DNA of 64,000 nucleotides from an uncultured Planctomycetota bacterium (GTDB taxonomy: Bacteria > Planctomycetota > Planctomycetia > Isosphaerales > Isosphaeraceae): NCBI GenBank assembly GCA_963823665.1, contig CAWGMQ010000002.1:221753-285752 (forward strand). Direction: 5' to 3'. Below, one piece after another: positions 8,078-18,962 of the stretch. The stretch's first letter is position 1. Each line of letters begins with the position of its first letter. The position numbers and the translations under genes were made by a program. A model generated the notes under the pieces. That model had not been told where the DNA came from and did no database searches. It saw only the letters and a list, made by a program, of their open reading frames with translations.

Positions 8078-10936
8078 GTCAACGAACACAAACTCGTTGG
8101 CCATCAGAATCGCCTGGACGACAGACTGCCATTGTCTCTGGTCGGTCGAGGATTGGCCAAGGTATCCGCGAATCATCGTGAGCTCTTCCTCGTTCATCGG
8201 CCGTCCATATGCCAGCCGAAATAGCCGGCCGCCTTTGCCCCGCAAGTCGCTCACGCCCGCGATATCAGCACGAGCCAGCATCGAGCGAGCGACTTCGATC
8301 ATGAACGGGTGGTTCATCAAGAAGAGCGCCTGAGGCGCAACAGTGGTCTGATCGCGGCGCGGACTGGTTGTGCTCGGATCGGGAAAATCAAACGTGCGGT
8401 AAAGTCCAGGCAGGTTCAAGCGATCGACGAAGCCGTAGATCGTCCGCCCTGGCTCAGAACCGGTCAAGCCCATCATGGGCGGGCCGCCGATCCGGCCGCT
8501 TAGCCGGCCGGAGACAGCCAGCAGTGCGTCACGGGTTGCCTCGAAGTCAAGGCGACGACGATTGGCCCGCCAGTACAGAGCGTTCTCGACGTCAATCGCC
8601 GCGGCTGCAGATCGATCCTGGCTTCGTTGCTGATAGGTGCTCGACATCATGATCAGGCGATGCAGCCGTTTGATCGACCAGCCTCCCTGGATGAAGCGCG
8701 ACGCGAGATGATCAAGCAGCTCCGGGTGAGTGGGTGGCTCGCTTCGCTGACCAAAGTCGCCGGGCGTCGCCACCAGCGGCGTGCCGAAATGGTGCATCCA
8801 CACGCGGTTCACGATCGCTCGAGCCGTCAACGGGTTGCTCGGGTCTGTGATGGCCCGGGCCAGGTCGAGCCGGCCTCCGCCATCGTGAAACGGCTCGCGC
8901 TTGGGCCCGGTCAGGATTCCCAGGAACTGCCGCGGCACCGGTTCACCCGGATTGTTGGGGTTGCCCCGTAGAAACACACGCGGCTCAAACGGCGCCGGTG
9001 TATCCTCCAGACTCATCGCCCGGGCCGGCGCACCCGGCCCGGTCGTCAGCCAGTTCTGTACCGCATTCTGAAGTTCCTGGAGCTTCGCCTGCGACGGCCG
9101 GTCAGGCAACAGACCCAAAGCACCGTACGGAAGCATCACGACGCTCGGTGGGCTGTCTGGCCCGTGAAATACCTGACGCAGCGACTCGAGCACCGGATCA
9201 GGGAGAGGCTCTGGCACTCGCCCATCAAGCTCAGCGCGGCAAACTCTTTCCTGCCAGATCTGCTCGACGCCGTTCAGCAACTGCGAATACACCTGTGCTA
9301 CCTCCGACAGCGATCGCGGCGGCCGTTCAGAAAGCGCGCGTAGGACAATCAAGTTGACCGACTGCACCAAATTTGCGCCCGAAGAGATAGAGGTACTCGT
9401 AGCCGCGAACTTGCTGATTAACCGGGCTGCAGCTTGCTCAAACTCTCGCTCCGGCAGCGCAGCGAGCGCATGCCAGGGGGCAAAAACAGGCTCATGGGTC
9501 TTGCGCATCCGCGTGAGATAGACTTGCCACCGGACGAGCATCGTCGGGTTCAGATCGCTCCCATCGGCAAGCAACATGAACTCTTCCGTACTCGGCTGAT
9601 CAAGCGTCTTCTGCGCAGCGAGCATGTACTCCGCCGCCCGTAGCTTCGTTGACTTGACCATTTCCCGGTGTTTGCCCGCGACGAACTCGCTTAACTTCCG
9701 CTGCCGCGATTCAAGTTCTTTGACGAATTTCGCGTAGGCCGGTGTCGGCGCCGGCCGGCTGGCTTCTGGTGGAATCTCCGGCTCGCGGGCACTGGCCAGC
9801 ACGCCGTAGAGTGAGTAGTAGTCCTGTGCGGGAATCGGATCGAATTTGTGGTCGTGACAGCGGGCGCATGTGACCGTGAGGCTCATGAGCCCGCGACAGA
9901 CAACGTCAATCCGATCGTCGATGATGTCATGAACATTCCCCATGAACCGGCCGCCCAGACTGAGGAACCCCAGTGCGACGAGTGGTCTTTCGCCATCCTC
10001 GGCCGGAAGACGATCGGCCGCGATCTGCTCGACCAGGAATCGGTCATAGGGCAAATCTCGATTGAACGAGCGGATAACATAGTCGCGGTATGTATACGCC
10101 CAGTGGAAATTCGCATCCTGGAACAAGATATATCCCTTGGTGTCGGCATAACGCGCCACGTCGAGCCAGTAGCGCCCCCAGCGCTCACCGTATCGTGGCG
10201 AAGCCAGCAGCCGGTCGACCAGACGTAGGAAGGAATCAGGAGCTGCATCAGCCTCGAATGCATCGATCTCATCGGGTGTGGGAGGCAGCCCGGTCAGATC
10301 AAACGACGCGCGGCGGATCAGGGTCCGGCGGTCTGCATGCGCCGAAGGCGTCAGGCCCCGGGCTTCGAGCCTCGCAAGAATAAATCGATCAATGGACGTT
10401 TTGGGCCAAGCCTTTGCTTTCACTTCCGGCGGTGAAGGATCCGAAACCGGCTGAAACGCCCAATGTTGCTTCGCGCCGGCGGCCGCATGGTTTTGACCCG
10501 GGCCTTTGCCTGATCCCCGAAGGTTGCCCGGCCACGGCAGACCCATCCGCACCCAATTGGTGATATCGGCGATCGCCTGTGGATTCAGCTTCGATTTAGG
10601 AGGCATCTTGATCGGCCCGCCATACCCGATCGCTTCGATCAACGGGCTCTCTTCCGGATGCCCTGCTATGACAACCGGACCATTATCGTTTCCACGAAGC
10701 ACACTTTCGCGCGAATCAAGCCGCAGACCCGATTCCTGCTTGCGCGGCCCATGACACTTGAAGCAATGTTCCTCGAGAACCGGACGAATCTTCGCCTCGA
10801 AAAAATCAGCTTGCTGAGCGGTGATGTCTTGCTTGGCGCTGGTCCTGGGCGAGTTCACGTCATCTCCGCCAGAAACGAGCGAACACGCCACGCAGAGCAC
10901 AACAGCAAGAAGGGCGGACCACCTCATCTCGATCAC
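8075..10936 (-). CDS. Planctomycete cytochrome c / DUF1549 / DUF1553 (PSCyt1-PSCyt2-PSD1) protein
   Basis: FFEAKIRPVL..HCFKCH, HWAFQP, YGERWGRYWLDVARYADT, CARCHDHKFDPI, NPLTAR..VNRVW, PTHPELLD and PQALFLMN. Alternative ATG at 10927. Confidence 0.93.
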   Translation of the reverse strand: MIEMRWSALLAVVLCVACSLVSGGDDVNSPRTSAKQDITAQQADFFEAKIRPVLEEHCFKCHGPRKQESGLRLDSRESVLRGNDNGPVVIAGHPEESPLIEAIGYGGPIKMPPKSKLNPQAIADITNWVRMGLPWPGNLRGSGKGPGQNHAAAGAKQHWAFQPVSDPSPPEVKAKAWPKTSIDRFILARLEARGLTPSAHADRRTLIRRASFDLTGLPPTPDEIDAFEADAAPDSFLRLVDRLLASPRYGERWGRYWLDVARYADTKGYILFQDANFHWAYTYRDYVIRSFNRDLPYDRFLVEQIAADRLPAEDGERPLVALGFLSLGGRFMGNVHDIIDDRIDVVCRGLMSLTVTCARCHDHKFDPIPAQDYYSLYGVLASAREPEIPPEASRPAPTPAYAKFVKELESRQRKLSEFVAGKHREMVKSTKLRAAEYMLAAQKTLDQPSTEEFMLLADGSDLNPTMLVRWQVYLTRMRKTHEPVFAPWHALAALPEREFEQAAARLISKFAATSTSISSGANLVQSVNLIVLRALSERPPRSLSEVAQVYSQLLNGVEQIWQERVCRAELDGRVPEPLPDPVLESLRQVFHGPDSPPSVVMLPYGALGLLPDRPSQAKLQELQNAVQNWLTTGPGAPARAMSLEDTPAPFEPRVFLRGNPNNPGEPVPRQFLGILTGPKREPFHDGGGRLDLARAITDPSNPLTARAIVNRVWMHHFGTPLVATPGDFGQRSEPPTHPELLDHLASRFIQGGWSIKRLHRLIMMSSTYQQRSQDRSAAAAIDVENALYWRANRRRLDFEATRDALLAVSGRLSGRIGGPPMMGLTGSEPGRTIYGFVDRLNLPGLYRTFDFPDPSTTSPRRDQTTVAPQALFLMNHPFMIEVARSMLARADIAGVSDLRGKGGRLFRLAYGRPMNEEELTMIRGYLGQSSTDQRQWQSVVQAILMANEFVFVD

Positions 10937-13900
10937 GCTCCTTTCGCGGAAGACCGCGGCAGCTCGTGCGTGAAGATGAGATCACGAGGAAGCTTGCTGC
11001 GTGCCAGGTCGACCAGGTGCTGATGGTGCGTGAAGAAAAGAACCTGGGTCTTGGTCGAAAGCTCCGCCAGCGCATTGAGCGCGGCCGCTGCGCGATCGTC
11101 GTCGAAGCTCAAGAGGATGTCATCCACGATGAACGGAACCGGCTCATGCGACTGGAGCCACGATTCCAGGCTCGCCAGCCGGAGCGCCAGGTAGAGCCCG
11201 TCGTGAGTTCCATCACTCATTCCTTCAACCCCGACCAGAATCCCACCTGGCCTCACTCCCTTGACGACCGAATGACCGCTACCGTCGTCGTCGATTTGCA
11301 GGCCGGTGAACGAGCTGCTCGTCAAGATCGCAAACAGCCTGCTTGCCCGCGCCAGGATCGGACCTTGGTTCTGTTCGCGATAGCGTTCGATCCCACGATG
11401 GAGCACGGCCGCAGCGAGTTTCAATGTGGCAAACCGCGCGACATCACCCTGCAGCCGAGCCATCAGCGTCTGGATATTCTCAGCCGTCTCGGCAGCCAGG
11501 GAACCGCCGCTCATCCTCGACAGTGCTTCGCGAGCCGCGCCGGTGGTTTCCTGCACGGCGCGCTGCTCATTCTCGAGTGAAGCGATTCGGGTTTCCAGCT
11601 CTTTGATCGACGCATCAAGTGCGTCGGTGTCGGCCTGTTCGACCTCTTTGACGAAGCAAGCCGGATCATCCCCCGCAGTCGCAACCAGTAGTTCTTCACC
11701 CACAGCGGCCAGGTCTTTCTCCAGCCTTGCCCCAGCCTGCGACCGTTGCTCAGCTTCGACAAGCTCGCTGCTCTCGCTGCAATTCGCCTCCTGGCAAAGG
11801 CGCTCCAGGCATACCCGGGCTTCCTCGAGCTGAGTTTGACCCGTGCGGAGCCCGCTCTCCTCACGCTTTAGCAGCTGCAAGAGCGCTTCGGCTTGGCGTG
11901 CGTCGGCTTGTGCGACGCGGAGCCGGCTCCCCAGCTCGCGCGCCTGCTCGGCGACGGGATGAGACTCTAGATCCGGGGCCAACTGTGCGGCGAGCGCACG
12001 CACGTCCCCGGCAAACCGCTCGGCATCGCGATCAATACCCTGAATCCGTTTCTGCAGGTCGCGGTGGCTGTCGAGCTCTTGAAACAGTTTACCGATTGCC
12101 GTCAGGATGACTTCGGCCTGGCCCGGCGCAGCACCGGCTTCAAGACCGATCCGCTTCATCTTGAGAGACCAATCCTCGCGCCACACGAGAAGCTCACTCT
12201 CGGCCGACTGAAGTGACAGCCGGGCGCCAGCTTGCTCGGTCCGGGCGGCCGCAAGCGTCGACTCAAGCCGGGCCCGCTTCTGGGCGAGCTCGTCCTGCCG
12301 TTTGATCATCTCCTCGGCCAGATCGAGCGATTCGGCCAGATCGAGGTCATCGATCTTCGGCCGGTAGAGTAGCGGATCTAATGCCCTCTGGACCGTGCCA
12401 CAGACAGAGGCGAATGCTCGTTCGAGCGTCTCCATGCTCTGGCGAACGTCCTCTGCTTTCTCGAGAAGATCGACGACCTCCTCTCGTTGCCGGAGCCATG
12501 CTCGCAATTCAGGAGGCGTCCATCGTTTGGCGTCGATGCCGAGCGAAGCGACCAGTGTCTTCCACTCTTCGTCCAAGCCGATCTGGAAATCATCGAGCAG
12601 TTCGAGTTGATTGTCGAGTTCCGCGCAGTTGGCCCGGTGCCGGTTCAGAGTGGCCTCCAGCTCAACCTTGCGGGCCACGCGGTCAGCGTCTCGGCGCAGG
12701 CGATCAGCCAGCGCGTCGGCGTGCTTGACGCTCTGCGCGTATGCCTCGGCGAGCGTACCGGACGGTGCGAATTCAGCCAGAAAAGCCGCAGGTTCTTCCT
12801 CACCTTTCGCACTGCCAAGCCATGCAGCTAGCACAAGCTGCCAACCATCGTCTCTCCGCCGGCGAGCTGCAAGAACCGCTTCCTCACTGGGCAAATCCTG
12901 CTGAAGCGCCACGGTGTGCAGGCTGCTCTCTCGCTCGCGGATTGATTCCTTTTCGCTCGCTAGCCGCTCGTCCAGCGTTTGCCGGCGTCGCGATAAATCC
13001 AGGAATCGGCTTTCAAATTGATCCAGGGTGGCGTCCAGAGGAATGGCAAGCTGCCGGAGCTCTTCGGCCGTGCCGTGCCATCCTTTGTGCTGAGCCAGGG
13101 CCGCGGCTATATCTTTTTGTGCGCGGACTGACTGATCGCGCGCCTGTGCAAGTTGCGCGTCGAGATCCCCCGCTTTGCGGGCTTGCCGTACCGCGCGGCG
13201 GAGCGCATCCAGGTCAGCCGGTTGTTCCAGCTTGCTCAATTCGCTCTCCCGCGTCCTGGTCTGTTCATCATGACGAGCGATCGTCCTTCGTGCCTCGTCA
13301 GCCTGGCCTCGAAGCTCGGCGAATTTCTGGCCCATCGCGCGGATGATCGCCGGCTCATCGGCTCGAAGCCTCAGTGACTCGGCTTGATCGAGATCAGTCG
13401 GACGGCCCAGCTCGCGAAGCAACCGCCGCGCTGCGTATTCGTTCGTCTGCTGAAGGTTCTCGATGTTGGCTCGATCCAGACTCGCTTTCTCGAAGGCACC
13501 CAGCCGTTCTTGAAGTGCCTCGATCTGGTCGCCGGCATCGAGCAGCGCGCGCGGGGGATCAATCAGCCTCAAGCTCGCTGTGATCTCTAGAATTGCAGCG
13601 TGTGCCCTGGCAATGGCATGCTGGGCAAGGGTCTTTTTATCCTGCGCAGCACGAAATTCCGCGCCGAAGCCGTCACGCAGCCGGATGAAATCACCGAGCT
13701 TTGCCAGCTCACCCGCGAGCTGCTGCCGCCGGGCAATCAAGGGAATGGCCGACTTGATTCGCGTCAACCGGCCATGCTCGACCCGACTCCTTCGGATCTC
13801 CTCCCGAAGCCGTTCCGCATTGCTGAGCGATTCCCGGTAGGCGCCATCGCGCTCTTGCCATTCCTCGATGGTCAACTGCTGCCGTTTCCATTCCTTCTGC

Positions 13901-14477
13901 GCGTCGTCCAGTTCGGTCAGCACCTTGTTGATTCGCGGGTTCTGGGCGCGCGGCTTGAAGAGATCATCGAGCCCTTGCTGCAAGGTCTGCTGAGCGCGGC
14001 GCAGACCCGCCAGCCCGGCGCCGGCCGCGAACAGCAGCTCCCCCAGTACTCCCTTGCCCGTGCGGATTTCCTCACCGGCTTGCGAGAGCCGTTCGTGATC
14101 GATGCCAAAGAGTGACTCGAAGGTCTGCTGGTTCAAGTCGCCGAGGAATCGTCGCCGCCATTCCTCGGGGATGGTCGTGGAGTCATCAGCAGCACGCAGC
14201 GTGTTGCCTCTTCCGCGGCGACGCAGAATCTCCAGCTCGCCGCCATCGCTGTGCCGAAGCGTCGCGCCCACGCGAAGCTGCTCGTTGGGATGAACGAAGT
14301 TATCGGCAGACAGGTGCGGAAAGCCAAAGAGCAAGTGCGAGATGGCCCGCAGCGCCGAGTCTTTCCCGCCTCGTTGGGGCCGTAGATCAGGTGCAGACCG
14401 TGTTGCCCGGCGGAAAGGTCCAGCACGGCACTGCTGAAGGGCCCGACCGCTTTCAAATTCAGCTGGAGCAGCTTCAT
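10933..14477 (-). CDS. yhaN: YhaN-family SMC/SbcC-like ATPase (AAA_27); 1-nt frameshift at the Walker A motif near 14362
   Basis: N-terminus LNLKAVGPF...LIYGPNEAGK in ORF 14133-14477. Long coiled coil and C-terminal MSDGT..LYLALRLA, PFIVDD, FDDDR and FFTHH in ORF 10933-14487. Confidence 0.9.
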
Positions 14478-14483
14478 GACGGA

Positions 14484-15782
14484 TCACGTCTGCTTGATTT
14501 GATCAAGCACCGCCCCAGAGGACCCAGCTTGCGACTTCACCAGCAGATCGAGCAGCAATGGCTGCACGTGCCCCAGCAAGGATTGCAGCCAGTCGGCATC
14601 GCTCAAGCGTGGGCCTTCGGGGTCGTGGATAAGCTCCGAGGGAAGGCGACGCTTCAGCTCGGCAAGCTCCAGAAGAACCGATTCCAGCGACGTTTGATCA
14701 TGCCGCAATTGTTCCACCACTTCCAGCAGCTCGTCGATTGGACCGTCGAGCATTGCCTTGTCGCGCGGCGGCTCAAGTTGCAGCTCGACTTTCTCAACCC
14801 AGATCCGATCACCGCCGCGCTCCGTGGCAACGTTCCGAACTTCCGCGGTTAATCGGTCCGGGTCTGAGAACAAGCGGCCATGGAGTGCCGTTCGACCGCG
14901 CATGATCACTCGCACCGCCAGCAGGCTCTCATGTGTGGACTCCGACGCAATCAGCTCATCGAGCAAATGACCCGTACGACCGAGCACATCGGCCTCGGCT
15001 TCGAGCCCCGAAATATCGACGTGGCTCCGCTCCCACCGCACCTGGTCGAGCCGGTGGAAAACATGCTCAACGCGGTGATCGGAATGAATTGTCGAAACCA
15101 CGCATCCCTTTGCACCCGTCTCGCGGGCGTGCCTGCCTTGCACGTTGCCCGCGAAGACAATCAATGGGTCCTCGCACAAGACTTCGCGGACATGAATATG
15201 ACCAAGCGCCCAGTAGTCATACCGCTTGAAGCGCAGCTCATCGAGCGTACAGGGAGCGTATCGTTCATGCCCCTTCATACCCCCTAAACCCGTGTGCAAC
15301 ATCCCGATGTTGATGCAACCCGACTTTGCAGGGGGATACGCGGCAGCCAGGTTTTCGGTGACCGCAGCCCTTGGAAAACTCTGTCCGTGGATGGCCACGT
15401 CCTTGTCTTTCAACAGCACGGTCTCGGGGCGATCGTGGCTCAAAATGTGCACGTTCTCCGGCAACGCCAGCACGCGCGTCATTTTGTTCGCGGCATCATG
15501 GTTGCCCGCGATGATGAAAGTCGGGATCTTCTCCTCGCGCAGCCGCAGGAGCTGCTTGGTGAGATAGAGCCCCGTGTTGTAATCGCGGCAATCACCGTCA
15601 TAGAGATCGCCGGCAATCAAGACGAAGTCAACCCGTTTCTCGATCGCCAGGTCGATCAGCCGCTCAAAAGCCCGCCGCGTTGCTCGTCGCATCCGCTCCA
15701 CTGGAGCGTTTTCGTATCGCTCGAGCCCCTTGAGCGGGCTGTCGAGATGAATATCAGCCGCGTGCAGAAACGAAATTGCCAT
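14484..15782 (-). CDS. yhaO: YhaO/SbcD/Mre11-like metallophosphoesterase nuclease
   Basis: FLHAADIHLDSP, AGDLYD, GNHD and YWALGHIH motifs; immediately upstream of YhaN. Confidence 0.92.
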   Translation of the reverse strand: MAISFLHAADIHLDSPLKGLERYENAPVERMRRATRRAFERLIDLAIEKRVDFVLIAGDLYDGDCRDYNTGLYLTKQLLRLREEKIPTFIIAGNHDAANKMTRVLALPENVHILSHDRPETVLLKDKDVAIHGQSFPRAAVTENLAAAYPPAKSGCINIGMLHTGLGGMKGHERYAPCTLDELRFKRYDYWALGHIHVREVLCEDPLIVFAGNVQGRHARETGAKGCVVSTIHSDHRVEHVFHRLDQVRWERSHVDISGLEAEADVLGRTGHLLDELIASESTHESLLAVRVIMRGRTALHGRLFSDPDRLTAEVRNVATERGGDRIWVEKVELQLEPPRDKAMLDGPIDELLEVVEQLRHDQTSLESVLLELAELKRRLPSELIHDPEGPRLSDADWLQSLLGHVQPLLLDLLVKSQAGSSGAVLDQIKQT

Positions 15783-15807
15783 CAGGATGATCTTGCCCCG
15801 GTAGAGC

Positions 15808-16407
15808 TCAGCCGGAACGTTTGTCTCGCGTCATGTCGAAAGTGGTGGTCCCTGCCTTCTTCCCACCGGTGTAACCTTCCCACGCGCTCTTCACATGACC
15901 ATCCTTCTCGAACTTGATTCGCAGACCATGAATGTGCATATCTTTCTCTGGGTCAAAATTCGTCCCACCGTCGAAGACAAAGATGAATTCGTCCGCGGTG
16001 GATTTGGCGCGATCAAGCTTCAAATGCGGCTGGTTGCGCGCTGCGCAGTAGTGCGTCATCCGCAGTTCCTTGCGATCGAGATGGTAAACCGAAACCATCT
16101 CATGCGGCATTCCCGGAAACTGCGTCTCGACCAGGGCACTCCCGGCACCGGTCAGCTTGAACGTGACCGAAACCTCCTCGGGCATCGCGTCGTCATGTTC
16201 CTTCTTCGCTTCCTCTTTTTTCTCGTCGTGCGAGGTTTTGCCGGTCCATGACCCGACCAAGGTCTTTAGCTTCTTGAAAGCTGCCTCGGCTTCGATACCG
16301 TCCTTGGTGGGAGTGTCATCCGTAGGGTCGCTGAAGAGCGGCCTGGAGAGACCGGCTAACATAAACACGGCCGCAAGGCACACCACAAGGCCGATTCGCT
16401 TCGTCAT
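15808..16407 (-). CDS. Secreted hypothetical protein (probable beta-barrel)
   Basis: Signal peptide; FKKLKTLVGSW, EMVSVYH and MTHYCAARNQP; AGAGG before the ATG. Confidence 0.75.
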   Translation of the reverse strand: MTKRIGLVVCLAAVFMLAGLSRPLFSDPTDDTPTKDGIEAEAAFKKLKTLVGSWTGKTSHDEKKEEAKKEHDDAMPEEVSVTFKLTGAGSALVETQFPGMPHEMVSVYHLDRKELRMTHYCAARNQPHLKLDRAKSTADEFIFVFDGGTNFDPEKDMHIHGLRIKFEKDGHVKSAWEGYTGGKKAGTTTFDMTRDKRSG

Positions 16408-16546
16408 GGCTTCCTCTCGCGTTTTCCTGTTAAAAGTCCAGCCGAAGACATGATAAACTCACGAACTGACCGAGAAGGCGGCTGGCACCCTGATCGACGA
16501 CGTATCCTTATACATCTTGTCTGTACGTTTGTCAAGATTGCTGGGT

Positions 16547-18766
16547 TCAGGGAGCTTTAGCGGGCTCTGCACCCGCGGCGCTGGAACTCGCCCTGAAATG
16601 CCCGGCAATTTCCTCGCCGTCAAGGGCCCGATCGAAGACGGCAACCTCATCGATCTTGCCCTCGAAGGCCGCCGCGCCATCGTCACGTCCACCGACCAAG
16701 ATAGATGTCAGTCGAAAACTTTCATCCGCCGCAGCCTCGCCCGAGATTCCGGTCACGGGATTGCCGTCGAGATAGATGGCAACCCGCTTTCCCTCGCGCA
16801 CGAGCGCGATGTGATGCCAGGTTTTGAGCGCAATCTTCGTCGGGCTGACTACGATTTTGCTCCCGCTCGAGAGATAGAGCCGGCCCGGGCCGGCGCTTGT
16901 GCCACCGATACCAAGTTCGATCCAGGATGGGCCGTTCGCTTGCGGACTGCCACAAGAGAGAAGAAGACCGGTGATCGGGTGAATGTCCGGCGGCAAACCG
17001 TTCCAGAACCAGAGCTCGACGGTGAAGCTGTCGCCCACGCCGTCAATCGCGGCCTTAAGCTGACCCCCGGCGAGATGAACAGCTCGGTTGATCAATCCGC
17101 CGGTCGAGGCCCGGGCTAGTGTAACCCCGGGCAAGTAAAGCGCAACGCCGCCTTCATAGCGTGCACTGCGGCCGTTCTTGCTCCAATCAACAGCGATCTT
17201 CGCTTCGATATCGTCGAGCCGCCAGTAAGCAAACGGTTCCGACGCAAGAATCGCCATGGAGTAAGAGAACTGGCGCCGGCGATCAGCTCGCCGAGGTTTT
17301 TCCGCAACCTGCTCGAGCAGGCTCACGATGCCGGCAACGATACGCGGCTCCGCCTCGATCTCCAGCCCCGCGGTGCGCGCCGGCCAGGTCGTGTAGCCTC
17401 CCAGCCGATGTTGTTCCGGTGGTGGAATATACCCCTCTGAACCATTGGCCAGCTCGATGTTCATGGTCGTATCGAACGGACTTTGCATCTTGATCTTGAG
17501 ACCCGTGATCGCGAAGACCTCGTTGGGAATCGCCGTGATCCCGAGCTCGCCGATCCGGATTGCCTGAAGCTTCAGCTCTCGCCGCGGCTCGTCGTGAAGA
17601 TAAATGGCTTCCTTGGCGTAGACCTCGGGCTGGTTCCGCGGCGCAGAAGACCCGCCCTTGGCCTCAGCGTCCATGCGGCCGACAATGGTCCTGGCCCACG
17701 CTAATCGTTCCGGGCCGGGCATGCGCCGAGAGAGGACGAGCGTCGACTCGGCCATCGCCAGTGGAACTAGGTCTTGGTAAGTAATCGACTGATACGCTTT
17801 ATGGGCAACCCCGGCCAGCTCCGCGGCATAGGTATCCAGTCCCGGATCCTTCTTGGCCTCGCCGTAGTCCATCCACATCTGATCGCCGCTGGTACCCTGG
17901 GACATGATGGCGACGAACGGCGGCTCAACCGTTTGCGCTCCGATCCTCCCGGTAAGGGCAGCGGCGAACCGGCCGTAGTAATCTGCCGAGATCGGCTCCG
18001 CCCCGTAGTAGTGCATTGAGTAGTTGGCCAGCACGGCGATCGGGCGTCCGCTGCGCGACTGGACGGAGAGAACAGTCAACTCAGGGTCGGTCGGACCCGA
18101 TGGACCAATCACGTCGGGGTTCTGATAACCCGGATGCATATTGGCGCGAACGGTCCGCGCGCCGAACGGGTCGTCGAGCATCTTGTCGGGACGACGAATC
18201 CAGCGGCGGCAGTGCGTGTGCACGTCATCCACGATCGAACGCCATCCGATCTTGGCTGGTTCAAGGTTTCGCACGGCCTGTTCGATCGACTCGGCGATTA
18301 AACCCGGCAGGATCTTCACATAGTTCTCATCGGCCGGGCAGCCTAGTGCCCCCATTGACGCGGGAGCCGAGTGAGTGTGCGTGGCCGAAATCAACATACG
18401 ATCAATTCGTAACCCGGTCTTCTCGTGCGCAAGGGATTTGGCCCGGTCGATCAACTCACGAGGCATCATGCACGTGTCAACCACAACGATTGCCAACCGG
18501 GTCGTTCCATCGTCGAGAACCAGACATTTGGCTCGTATCGGATCCTTGATCTTGGTCGCGTGGCTCTGGAGGAACCCTCCGTTGACCAGGACCGGAAAGT
18601 TTGTTGGTGCAATATCAACCGCATAAGCACCGGCACGAAACGTGAATGTCGGAGCAGACGCTTGCTTCAAGGAAGCTGGCGCCGGCCGGCCAGACGACTG
18701 TGCGTCACCCGAGAGGACTATACTCAACACGAGAATGACGCTCGGACAGCAGATGATTGGTTGCAC
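16547..18766 (-). CDS. Neutral/alkaline ceramidase-like hydrolase with C-terminal LamG/ConA-like domain
   Basis: ISATHTHSAP, ANYSMHY and ELANGSEGYIP motifs. C-terminal AYWRLDD, TVELWF, WHHIALV and FEGKIDEVAVFDRAL. Confidence 0.82.
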   Translation of the reverse strand: MQPIICCPSVILVLSIVLSGDAQSSGRPAPASLKQASAPTFTFRAGAYAVDIAPTNFPVLVNGGFLQSHATKIKDPIRAKCLVLDDGTTRLAIVVVDTCMMPRELIDRAKSLAHEKTGLRIDRMLISATHTHSAPASMGALGCPADENYVKILPGLIAESIEQAVRNLEPAKIGWRSIVDDVHTHCRRWIRRPDKMLDDPFGARTVRANMHPGYQNPDVIGPSGPTDPELTVLSVQSRSGRPIAVLANYSMHYYGAEPISADYYGRFAAALTGRIGAQTVEPPFVAIMSQGTSGDQMWMDYGEAKKDPGLDTYAAELAGVAHKAYQSITYQDLVPLAMAESTLVLSRRMPGPERLAWARTIVGRMDAEAKGGSSAPRNQPEVYAKEAIYLHDEPRRELKLQAIRIGELGITAIPNEVFAITGLKIKMQSPFDTTMNIELANGSEGYIPPPEQHRLGGYTTWPARTAGLEIEAEPRIVAGIVSLLEQVAEKPRRADRRRQFSYSMAILASEPFAYWRLDDIEAKIAVDWSKNGRSARYEGGVALYLPGVTLARASTGGLINRAVHLAGGQLKAAIDGVGDSFTVELWFWNGLPPDIHPITGLLLSCGSPQANGPSWIELGIGGTSAGPGRLYLSSGSKIVVSPTKIALKTWHHIALVREGKRVAIYLDGNPVTGISGEAAADESFRLTSILVGGRDDGAAAFEGKIDEVAVFDRALDGEEIAGHFRASSSAAGAEPAKAP

Positions 18767-18962
18767 GGGGACCTCATACAGGTTTGCGCATTGTTCCGGT
18801 GTGCGTTCGGAGCGATTGGCGGCAGGTGATAAGACGCGAGTTTCTCATGGAGTGACGCACGCCTCAAGATCGGCGTGGTCTTCTTTCCTGAGCGATACGC
18901 ACGACAGGAACTGGACACCGGCACGGCTGCCCGTTAGGGTACGAAGTAACAAGGAGACGACC

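Noticed and set aside
14355..14372. G GGA AAG slippery heptamer (lambda gpG-T type) exactly at the yhaN frame break, suggesting programmed -1 frameshifting
   Set aside because: A -1 slip would give GKDS and destroy the Walker A GK[ST]. Restoring one base gives GK[ST]SALR, and similar indels occur across the window.
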